39,639 nucleotides of DNA from NCBI GenBank assembly GCA_043381765.1, contig JBHJMP010000070.1, positions 1 through 39,639 on the forward strand, in the 5' to 3' direction. Below the pieces are notes generated by a model that saw nothing but the letters and a program-made list of their open reading frames with translations, made no database searches and was not told the DNA's origin. Every line of letters starts with the position of its first letter. Position 1 is the stretch's first letter. The translations under genes and the position numbers were made by a program. Of the stretch, positions 18,994-39,639 are shown piece by piece. The stretch comes from Collodictyon triciliatum (Eukaryota).

Positions 18994-19696
18994 TTCCTGT
19001 CGCTTGTCGGGTCGATGCGGCTAAAGCCAAGAAGTCTGCTTAATGACAGCTTCGCACCAACTGATCAAAACCGCGCCTCGGGCAAGCAGGGAGCTTCATG
19101 GATTGTGCTTTCTCTGATCTTTGACAGCTAGACTTGTTTTCCCGGTCTGATTCGCCATCGATGCGACGCTGTTGATATAGACACACGAGACAAGGCCGAA
19201 GCTGTGCGAATGTGACAGGTTGGATTCATTGTGTGCGGCAAAAGCGTGCATGGATTTCATTGAAAAATTGGATATTATGCTCAAATGTGGAATTTCTCAA
19301 TATAATGCCATAAACATCTTATGGGTTGAATGTTAAATATTCAATTATGGAATTTATAACTATCAAAGTCTTCTCTTTGAACCATTTTTTTATTTGGTCA
19401 ATGTTTCTTAGTCAGAGCGTTGACTTGTGCGTGAAGTAAGGATACATTGGTGAGGGATAAGGTTAGTGCGTATGTCCAACGGGCTTGGATAATGCCGCGC
19501 CTCTTAATTAGTCATGGATGGGCGCCCTGTTTTTTCGTCCTTCGCTTCTCTTTGCCTCTCAAATAGTCCCAGCCAGTCGCCTGGGTCTTTTCCTTCGCGG
19601 CTGAGGCGATCGAGCCAGACGGTTTGTTTGCTTCGTCCTATTCATGAATTGCCGTATTCTCTGCAGGGACGACCGAGTGATAAGCAGAAACCGAAA

Positions 19697-19793
19697 GCAA
19701 AGAGCAAGAAGCAAGAAGCAAAAAGCAAAAAGCAAAAAGCAAAAAGCAAAAAGCAAAAAGCAAAAAGCAAAAAGCAAAAAGCAAAAAGCAAAA
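19697..19793. repeat. (AAAAAGC)n heptamer array upstream of the RhoGAP ATG
   Basis: Directly visible. Confidence 0.92.
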
Positions 19794-19844
19794 GAGAGAA
19801 GAGAAAAAGGGAACAAAGTTGACAGGTTGTAAAACTCTCAAAGT

Positions 19845-23504
<3,660 letters not shown>

Positions 23505-24008
23505 AGACTCCTCAAAAGACTATCCGATAACTATGCCATCATGCCAGAAAGAAAACGTATTTTCTCGTCTTCTTGCCTGCTTTTTCCTTCGCATGAGAAA
23601 GAAGGAAACATGCAGATGAAGTCGACTTGCCTAATCTCCTGAATCAGCTGTTATTAAGCCCCAAAGCCAATATAAAAAACAACGATAATAACAAACGGAA
23701 AAATAAAACGAACAGGAATAAAAAAAAAAAAAAGAAACGAAAAGCGAATTTTTTATCACAAATTAAATATGGTGTTGTTTTTCCACCGATAAAAAAAAGA
23801 GATATAAGTATTTGAGGTCACACGCAGCCGTTGGACATATTTTCGACGAATCATATACAAAAAAATAAAATAAAAAACTTAAACAAAAACAAAAAAATAA
23901 AACAAAAACAAAACAGAAAACAAGAATAAAAACATGAAAGTCTGCTAGTTAGCGCACTTTATAACAGTGCCAACCTCCACCTCATACCACACACATTCTC
24001 GTAGGGCG

Positions 24009-30356
<6,348 letters not shown>

Positions 30357-30869
30357 AATATGCGAAGCATGCTAGACCACCAGGTGCCAGCCTATGAGAC
30401 ACATATCCAAGGACCGCACTGGTGGGAGAATAAATACGCCAAAGAACCACCTTTTACACTTTTATATTATTTCTTTTCATTTTTATTTCATTTTGTTGTT
30501 TATTTTCTTCTTCTGTTTCCGCCAGGGTAAAACTTAGAATGGGCCCTGGGATTTTTTTTTTTCTAAATGGGACGATTCTGCATCTCCTTTTGCATTCGTT
30601 TGCGCACTGTGCAACCACCAACGTGCAGTTGCGAGCCGTCAAGCAAAGGAATTGCTGTGTCATGCGATTATGCCACAATGAAGCGCGCCGGATATCTGTG
30701 GAACTATGGTGGATAAGAAATGAAGCCCGGTGGCATGACTAGCATGTTTGACAGGCACTAACGAGCACAAGTTCCTGGAAGTCTAGGCAGAACCACAACA
30801 AAAGGATTTCGCGGAACAATTTGCGTCTTTCGCCAAGGAACTTGACAGCTTGGATGAACGTCTTGAGGC

Positions 30870-30881
30870 CACATCATCATC

Positions 30882-30934
<53 letters not shown>

Positions 30935-30986
30935 CATCACCACCATCATCACCACCATCACCACCATCACCACCACCACCATCATC
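30870..30986. repeat. (CAT/CAC)n trinucleotide array upstream of the B-box exon
   Basis: Directly visible; followed by poly-T and AG, so probably intronic. Confidence 0.95.
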
Positions 30987-31071
30987 AAAATCACACGCTC
31001 GGTGTTTTTTTTTTTTATCTCATATTCTCCCTCAAAGACCTGCAGCACGAAAAGGTCTTTGGGGCAACAGA

Positions 31072-33068
31072 ATGGAACAACCGTGCATGCTCCATCCCCA
31101 CCAAACACTGCGCTTCTACTGCGCGGCCTGTGATGAAAGGCCTCTTCTCTGCATCGAATGTGCATACAACGATCGAGCACACGCCGATCTTCACGCGAGT
31201 TTGAAGGAGGGAGAGAAAGCTGTCCAAACGCGCATTTTGCAGCTCAAACAGGCGCTGGAGAGACAACAGGAGGCGTACAGAGCAACGTACGCAGATATTG
31301 TACAGCAGATTGAGCAGGTAATGCATCAAGTGTGTTGCGTATTGCTGCGTGGTTCGTGGTTGAGTTCCTTCTACTTCTCATCCTTTCGTGCTTTTCACCT
31401 GTCGTTGTCTTTTCAAAAGTCTATGTGAGTCTATACTTTGCCAAAGCGTACTTTCTTGATAAGTTCGGCGCGGTAGAGCAACAGCTCACAGCTATGTTTA
31501 ATCGCTTGACCTTAATCTCTTCCCACTTTTTTCCTATGGTGGTTAATGCCCATCGTATACATAAAAGTTGTGTGATTCTGGCGATGATGCAAGAGAGGAA
31601 GTGGAGAGATATATTCGGCAGTGTCGGTTGAATATCGACACACTCGAAAAAAATCTGCTAGAAAAGGTTGTCTCCCGATAGCTAGTTATTTATCACCGCG
31701 CAATACTCTTGAACAACGATTAAAATAATTCCTTTTACCATCATTTAAATAGAATCACTTTTCAATCGTTTCCTATGAATTACTCACGCTTATATCTTTT
31801 TCTTCTATTATTATAATTATTATTATTTGCTTCGTCTTTAGGTCCAATCCAAATTATCCTTTCATTGCAAGAAACTCGAGGCAATCTCCGACGACGTGCA
31901 AACTTTGTACTCTCATGCGAACGAAGCTGCTTCTCTGATTAAAGAACCACAAAACGAGGGCAACTTGCAAGATGCGATTGAATTGGAGAAGATACTGCAA
32001 CAAGTTTTGAACAGAATCCGCATAAGCGAAACCTCTGAGACCCCTGGCGCCGTAGCCATTCGCTTCATCCCAGAGACAACAACAGACTTTGCCTCTGGTC
32101 TTTTTCTACCCCAAACAGAGGGCCACTTACTCGAGCCCGATTGGATCTGGCTGAGTTACGAAAACCAAGTCCCATTGCGCGGCTGGGCTCCCTTTCGGGC
32201 GAAGCCCATGGTCATTTTGCCAGCACAAATGAATACCCACGCTGCAGAGAATCAGAGCGCTTTGAAACATCCCTGGGGTATCTGCTGTAATCCGAACGAT
32301 GGGAACATATACATCGCTGATGAAATGAATCACCGAATTGTGGTGCTTCATCCCTCGCAAGAATCAGGCCCGGTTCAGTACATAGCGGAGCTTCAGGACA
32401 AGCTGGCCAATCCCGTTGGAATAGCTTTTGATTCTAAAGGCACAATGGCGGTGTGCGAATACGCTAGCCATCGAGTGCAAGTGATGAGACAACAGCGGGA
32501 GTGCTCCAATCTATCTTTTCCAAGTGAGAGCAGAATCGTGGAGCATGATGCAATAATGTTTGGTTCTTTCGGCGCAGATATCGGTCAATTCAAGAACCCG
32601 GCTGATGTTGCATTTGACGCATCTGGTAGATTATATGTAGCCGACTACAACAACTACCGTGTGCAGGTCTATGACTTTGCTAAAGACTTGTGGGAAATCA
32701 TACCATGCGGAACACACAGAATCGCGAGCATCACCGCAGCAAATGCCCATAGCATGATATTCGTTCCAGCATCCCCGCAGGTTGTCCTTGTGTATGATAC
32801 TACACAGCGCACACTACGTTCTGTGTCGATTGGTCCGATTCGAAAGTACGCACACGCTTTGAGTGGGCCGGGAAACACGCTCTGGCTGAGTGATTATGAG
32901 TGCGGGTGTGTTCATGTATACTCACTGGACGATTTGCAATTCCTCAAAACACTGGCCAGAAACAGCGATGAGACTGGGATGCTTCACCACCCCACAAACA
33001 TGTGCTGGGGTTTGGATGGGTTTCTCTATGTCTGTGAGTCGGACCAGAACAGAGTCGTCAGATTTTGA
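31072..33068 (+). CDS. B-box zinc finger-coiled-coil-NHL beta-propeller protein (TRIM-NHL-like, no RING seen)
   Basis: B-box CMLHPHQTLRFYCAACDERPLLCIECAYNDRAH in exon 31072-31317. Coiled-coil exons are the candidate 31420-31424 and 31594-31666. The last exon, 31842-33068, has NHL repeats (LKHPWGI..IYIADEMNHRI; GQFKNPADVAFD..LYVADYNNYRVQVY; LHHPTNM..LYVCESDQNRV). The 5' end is uncertain; a possible in-frame upstream exon lies at 30787-30859. Confidence 0.87.
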
Positions 33069-33560
33069 TGGACGGTGTTGGCTCTAGTAGATTACTCCTG
33101 CCGATTTCATTTGCGGCCAGATGGTTGCTGAACCGAAGGAATCAAACCGAAATAAAGCGCAAAAGAACAACATGTCGTTGTTGCCAAGTTTGGTTAGAGG
33201 TTTCCGAATATTTTCTCTGGCCAAAGCTTATTCTGTGGGGAATTATGGGCCAGAATATTGTAAGAGCTATGTTTTTTTTCCCCCTTTTCATCGATGAGTG
33301 TTTAATTCGTTTGCTTATTTCGCATTTGTATCGCATGTTTTGTCTATCGCATCTGCTCCTGAAATCATGTTTACACATTCCTGTTGTCATTTCAATACCC
33401 TTTCTTGATTAGGAGGTGGTAGGGTTTGTGACGTATTCGAAAGAATGTTTCATTTTTGAGTTTGATTTTAATTTCTTTTATTATTTTTTTTTTAAAAAAA
33501 AAACCAAGGTAGTGAAGGGAAAAAGGCGAACAGAATTATGCATGATATCTCGCTTTACGA

Positions 33561-36500
33561 CTATTTTGTGCCTGTTTCCACATAGAAGCAGCTGCAGAAT
33601 TCCTTGTAATCGATGGAGCCATCTGTGTAGTAAAAATACTAAAAATAAAAATACATTCGCCTCTCCCATAGAAACAGTCACAGAGTTAAATATTTCCATG
33701 AGAAAAGTTGTTTTTTTTGGCGGCATCTTAATAACCCTAACCGCGGTTAAGGTCGACAGCTTTGATGAGCTCGTCAATTTGCATATCGCTTAGTGGCTCC
33801 TTCAAAGCTAAGTTTAGAGCACGCACACTGTCTCGAAACTCGGCAGCGCTAATCGTTCCTGTAGGACATGAGAAAGCACATTAAAAAAAGAAAAAAAAGA
33901 AAAAAAAGAAAAAAAAGAAAAAAAAGAAAAAAAAGAAAAAAAAGAAAAAAAAGAAAAAAAAGAAAAAAAGAAAAAAAGAAAAAAAAAGAAAAAGAAGAAA
34001 AAAGAAGAAAAAAGAAGAAAAAAGAAGAAAAAAGAAGAAAAAAGAAGAAAAAAGAAGAAAAAAGAAGAAAAGAGAAAAAAGAGAAAAAAGAGAAAAAAGA
34101 GAAAAAAGAGAAAAGAGAAAAGAGAAAAAAGAGAAAAAGAGAAAATAGTGCTTCAATTCGTCTTTATATTCCTTACTTAATTGATTGCAGGATATGAAGA
34201 GAGTACAGAATGAAATGGCTGAAATCCAAATACAGCGGTTGAAAAAATTCTTACCAGAGCCGTCGCGGTCAAAAAAGCGGAAGGAATGCTTCAGTCCGAT
34301 TCGATTGTAATATAAAATCTCCACCATTTGCATAATTATTGCATCTTGCCAATTTTTCGATTGCTGTGAGATTGTACGCATAAGCCCATGTAAGCTTCTT
34401 ACGATTTATCAACGTTGATTATAACTATACATAGACCAATAATTCTTGATATAAGTCTTAAATCAAATATCTTCTACCTTATCAACATCGACAATTTTGA
34501 ACGCACCAACAAACTCCGTGTAACAGATTCTGAGGAAAAATAGACACATTAAATTAAAATAGGATGCATCAAGAGGCAAGTATAAAGATGGAACAAAATA
34601 AAATCTAGGCAGATAACCTCGAATCATTGTTGGCGTCGATGTAATGAATTATATTCCTCAATTCAGAGTCACGAAGTTCAATTCCGGCCACTGTTTTTTT
34701 TTTTTTTGAATATTTATAATATAATCATACATGTATGTTAGAATGCCAATCGCAATGAGTTGATGATATTAGTTATGAGACATAATGAAGGTAACTGGAT
34801 AAGTTTTTTAAAGAAAATATATTGAAACAACAACAACCTTCAAGAGCCTCCTTGAACTCAGCAAACGATATAGTGCCTATGTCATGTTTCTGTCATTAGT
34901 ACACATAACGCAATTTTATTTGGATTGGATATAATAGCTTCTTAATTTGATCCTACATATTGTGAATTTTTTTTTTTTTATTGATGAGCATGTATTTTTT
35001 TAAATAAAATTCTTGAAATATTAAGAAAACTCCCGCACCGTTTCCATCCTTATCGAATTTCGAAAAAGCGCCAGACAGCGACCAACCACTAAGAAAAGTG
35101 AAAAATTAGTGTTACATGTAACTTAAGCTTGAATGCAGTACACAAGTGATTACAAATAGATGCAATATTTTAAAAATAAAATAAATGTAGCGTACAAACC
35201 CAACGTTAAACTGGAAAAAAATGATTGTATGGAAAAAGAAAAGGCATGTGTATGAAAGCAAACTTGTCCATAAAATATCGTCCCAGCTTTTCAATAATTC
35301 CTTCACAAAATCTGCAGGCCTCTGCGTCCAAATCAGGTGGTGGTTCCTACCCATAGTCCCGAAAAGAAATAGGATATAATTTAGTAACATGAATTAATTG
35401 ACTTTGCCCCAGAACGCAAATTTCAGATTTGGACGATTATAAAGTAGATACCTTCACATATACCAACTCAAATCGGTTAATAAACTCATGGAAATCAAGG
35501 TTGCCATCTCCATTGGAATCGAGAGATTTCATCAGCTCTCGAATCTTGATTATTTTTTTTTAAAAAAGAAAAATCATAATCCAAATTTCCACAAATTTCA
35601 TGAGTTGTATACTTAAGCGATTTCATGAGCTATAAATCTGATTCAAGAATTAAAATTATATGTATGATTCGAAAGACTGAACTGTTTACCTGTCCCCTTG
35701 ATAAACCAACATCGAATTCGGTCATTGCTGCGACAAATTCATCATAGTCAAGTGAACCTTCAAGGAAATATCATAATTAAAATTTTTCATGAGACCACAT
35801 GAAATGAGATTTCAACACATCATGAAACACTAACAGAGTGGAATAATAAAGCATTTCTCGATTGAAAGCAGCAGAAATAGGGGATAAACAAACCATCTCC
35901 ATTCAAGTCGAATTTTTTAAAAGTGTCTTCTAAACTGCTCCTAGAGGAAAAAATCCCCTCTTGGATTCTTTCGATAACATCAGTCTCCCAAGAAGCATAT
36001 TCCTGGAAAAATATATAGCCGCCAATTTAATTAGTAAATATTTTCTAAGATTAATAATAATGTTAATGATATTTTATTAGAAAAAGTCCAAGTCATAGAG
36101 TGCGAATATCATCCGTACGCCTGCAATTTGGAGTTTGTATCTTGCCAAGAAAATTCGATAGTTTATGGTTCCATCGGTTTCGAGATTCGTCAAGCTCTGT
36201 GATTCAGTCATTTGATTGTCATTACATGTAGAAATCAAAATAAATAAATAATAAGAATTTTTTCCTAAGGACATAACTATCTTTTTTCTTTATATACATA
36301 TATTCTTTCGGGATGAAGAGATAAAGGAAATAGGTCTGATCGAAAAAATTATAACTCACAGAAACAAATGCGTGCCATGGAATCTCCAATTTGATAACTA
36401 AATTTAAGACACTTGACCATGTGGCTTGTGATACTCTACCTACATCGAAAATTTGGTATGACGTCCAGTGGTGACGAGGTAAAAAAATTCGTTACATAGT

Positions 36501-38137
36501 TCAATGCAAATACTGTAACAAACCTATACTAGTCCTATCTTGAATCATAAATTGGTCTAATAGTTGCTGTCTATGCAGGCAAATCAAATCCTTTAACAAG
36601 GACAAGTTCTTCGCCTATCTCGCAGAGGAAATGCAAGGGGATGTGATAAGTACTGCAATAATATCACGAATATGTTAAATATGCCACAAAATGTAAAGAA
36701 TCGTGTTAAACAGTATTGCTTTATCACCGCAAGCTTCTCTGCAGCCATTTCTTCAGATTCATCAGGATTGGACTCTTTCTTCGCCCCTAAACGAAAAGTT
36801 CAAAATATTTTCATATATTGATCAGCCAAAGAAGGCTACTAGTATGGTATCTGTGAATGAAATGCCTGTTTATCTTTCAAGGGAAGACTATTGCGAATGT
36901 TATTGTGTACCTGCCATGAAAGTATGGATATGAGGGACCAAATCTGGCTGAAGGACAATATAGGCGCCCTTGTTGTCGTAACTTCCACCATAGTTTGAAG
37001 CAGAGAAAACCGTAATGCATCGTCTTCCATGCACAATCTGGGCATGTGAATCAAAAAAAAAAATAATAGAGATGATATCTTAAAGAGCGTACCATGTAGA
37101 GGGCTCACTATGTTTGGTTACGACATGTCCATTATTTTTTAAAAGACTATATGATAGAGGGAAAAAAAAAAGACACAGTAATTTCTTTTATTACATCGAA
37201 TCCTGAGTCCTTGACTTCGTGCGACCGAATCATGTACTTCAGTCGATTTTGTTTCAGAAAAGCTTTGGTCATGTCCATACCAAACTGGATGAAATCGATA
37301 TCAAAAGCATAAATCAGCATAAATCCAATAAAATATTGGAATAGAAGTACCTCTATGAAAGAATATATATTGTATGAGGTCATTCTCGACTACATGTCCC
37401 TATTAAAGTGCACCATAATTCCTGCTCCACGGTGATTCTCCAGAATTCCAGACTTGTCTTCGTCCTATGATATGCATAAAATACATGTAGTTTCAGTCTG
37501 AACTTCAAAAAAAAAATTACTCGATAAAATAAACAAAAATGGATACAAATTATGACTACAATACGCAAAGCCTTCGACAAACCAGAGGGTCGCTCCAGAG
37601 CAAATCCTGGAACAGAGTGTCATTCTCCGGATCTTCCATATTCCTCTTGATTCGGCGAATTTGGTCCACTGTGTCAAAAGTATTTTAATCAATTACTTTG
37701 AAATTATGAAATATTATGCTTATAAAGATGGTAGAGTCTCTCGGGGCATGAAAAGAAACATACAAATACAGTGAAATAATATTGTGAAGTTACAAACACG
37801 TTGTTCCTGGCATTCGTGGGATTCCACCGTGTACAACAAAGACAGTTCCTTGAATGACAGCGCATATAGGCAATGAAGCGAATACTTGCTGGAAATACTC
37901 ATATGTTTGTAAGTCATCTAGTGAAGAATAGAGTAGAAGGAAATATAAATCAGCTGAGTGATATTGACCCTATCATTTTCTTCTATATTTGTGGCTCGCT
38001 TTATTATGAGAGGGCTCTAGAAAGTAGCTTCGAATCTTACATTTGTCTAAAACCTCATCTTTGAATCCATACAAGGAATTGAGAGCACCAGCCTCGTGAT
38101 TTCCTCTGTTCATAAAGAGAGAATTCGGCGACGCCTT

Positions 38138-38168
<31 letters not shown>

Positions 38169-39408
38169 AAGAAGAAGAAGAAGAAGAAGAAGAAGAAGAA
38201 GAAGAAGAAGAAGAAGAAGAAGAAGAAGAAGAAGAAGAAGAAGAAGAAGAAGCAGGTGATGAGTGAATACACAATTTGTAGAGAGGCGCTCTGATGCGAA
38301 AAAAAGGATTGTTTTTAGTCGAATCTCATGGTGAATAGATGCCTTACCACTTTCCATGCACACAGACTGATAAAAGTTTCTACTGAACATGGGCCTCTGT
38401 CTACAAAATCACCGTTGAACAGGTAGGCATTGTCATCCTCTATTGCATGAAAAATCGGTTGAAATGTGAATGCTAATCTATTATGCAATATATCATTCAT
38501 GGAATTGTTTTCTTTGCATAAGTAATTTGATTAAGTGCCGAGATATTCATTCAAGAGCCAACAAGCTGGCTATGCATAACAAACTTGGGTGTCCGTTTTT
38601 ATGCCATATCGTCAACAAATCCTGTTCGAAAAAAAATAATCGTGTATGTGAATTATCTCATTATGCCTGAATGGTTATGTTGGCATCTATCACGACACAA
38701 TATATGAGTATAAGTAAGATCAAAGCTTCATTGAAGTGTTTTATTACGTCCAGCTGACCATGCAAATCTCCACAAACAGTGAATTTTTTATTGATTGGAA
38801 TCTGCACGAATGCACATTTGAGTATGGTTTTTGTTGATGAATCAATCTCACAGAGAATAAATGCGCTACATCACATTTGTTTCCTTTTTCTTACATCCTG
38901 AACATTGGGGCTCTGTTGCAGAAGCTGTCTGCAGTCATAGAGAATTTGCAGAACATATTTTTTGTGCAAAACACCGCCCTTCTGAAAGAAACTAAGCAGG
39001 CCATGCGCATTTTCCGGCGTCAGCGGACGGCGAGGGCGAAATCCTGCGTACTTTGAATCAATCTGAATCTAAATTGATTCAAAGTGATATTGGCTGTTTA
39101 AAATGACAAGCTGAAGTAAGAAATGGTATAAATATTTTTATTTTGTCCAAGTCGGAGTGGATTGATTTCCTTTCGTTCTTTTGTTCTTATCTGCAAGTAT
39201 ATAAAAAAAAAAACTGAACCGATTCTATGATTGTCTTCATGTCTGTGGCTCTTCGATTCTCAGGGTATTTTTGGTTCAGGTATTCATCTACTTTTCTGAG
39301 CTCCTCGGCTTTTTTCAGACTTCCTTGCTCCTCGCGATAGTCAAGCTCATTGAAAACCTGCCGATTGATTCGCATCTTGTAGTTTTTCGAGCCACGTCCT
39401 TTAATCAT
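33561..39408 (-). CDS. PPEF: Ser/Thr protein phosphatase with EF-hands (PPEF/RdgC type), 5'-partial; 26 exons in window
   Basis: Exons from ~39398-39220 down to 33622-33561 splice in frame. PPP motifs: GDLHGQ (exon 38801-38748), FNGDFVDRG, NRGNHE, VHGG, DLLWSDP, IRSHE, TVFSASNY. The N-terminus has RdgC-like QVFNELDYREEQ, and the C-terminal EF loops are DLNGDG, DSNGDG, DKDGNG, DANNDS, DRDGSG and DLNRDG. The true start is probably beyond the window end. Confidence 0.93.
33883..34145. repeat. Compound A/G-rich array (AAAAAAAGA etc.) in a PPEF intron
   Basis: Directly visible. Confidence 0.95.
38139..38253. repeat. (GAA)n in a PPEF intron, abutting the 3' splice site on the minus strand
   Basis: Directly visible. 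Confidence 0.97.
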
Positions 39409-39540
39409 TCAGTATATCAAATATTGCATAAGAGTGCGAAGAAACATATATTAATGGGATTTTTCAGCATAGCCCAATTTTTTTTTAAAAAAAATGGGAA
39501 TGCTGCAAGATTTTATAACCCTTCGAAAATCAAATTACAG

Positions 39541-39639
39541 GAAAAAGAAAAGAAAAGAAAAGAAAAGAAAAGAAAAGAAAAGAAAAGAAAAGAAAAGAAA
39601 AGAAAAGAAAAGAAAAGAAAAGAAAAGAAAAGAAAAGAA
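39541..39639. repeat. (AAAAG)n running off the window end
   Basis: Directly visible. Confidence 0.97.

Noticed and set aside
19096-19158. 20-codon uORF upstream of severin
   Set aside because: There is no evidence it lies in the transcript, and an ORF of this length is expected by chance.
30821-31204. Poly-His ORF (and poly-Ser/Pro, poly-Met frames)
   Set aside because: It is a translation of a (CAT/CAC)n microsatellite, has a non-ATG start and runs into a poly-T tract. The real coding frame is the B-box.
33868-34197. K/R/E-rich protamine-like ORF
   Set aside because: A-rich repeat within a PPEF intron on the opposite strand.
39541-39639. Terminal (AAAAG)n as a telomere
   Set aside because: It is not a G-rich telomere-type repeat and resembles the other intronic polypyrimidine microsatellites on the PPEF sense strand.

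Overview
This is gene-dense, intron-rich eukaryotic (protist-like) DNA with many intronic microsatellites and one 100-N scaffold gap. Manual splicing (GT-AG, phase-consistent) gives nine protein-coding genes: (1) CAMK/AMPK-like Ser/Thr kinase (+); (2) glucose-6-phosphate 1-epimerase (-); (3) intronless two-repeat ~12-TM membrane protein (+); (4) nischarin/STK11IP-like LRR protein (+); (5) three-domain severin/fragmin-type gelsolin (-); (6) talin-F0/F1-like-RhoGAP-SH3-like-coiled-coil protein (+); (7) Roco LRR-Roc-COR-kinase with a SAM-like tail (+); (8) B-box-coiled-coil-NHL protein (+); (9) PPEF/RdgC-type phosphatase with expanded EF-hands (-, 5' end probably outside the window). The best candidate for a novel system is the Roco gene. 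It has one-LRR-per-exon 69-nt phase-0 cassettes and a non-RD kinase, and sits next to a TRIM-NHL-like gene, so it may be a diversifying innate-immune sensor locus. Other oddities are the talin-head/RhoGAP fusion, candidate 5-nt and 1-nt microexons, and very relaxed splice donors. All exon models were read by eye and need RNA-seq confirmation. Family assignments come from remembered motifs, not database searches.
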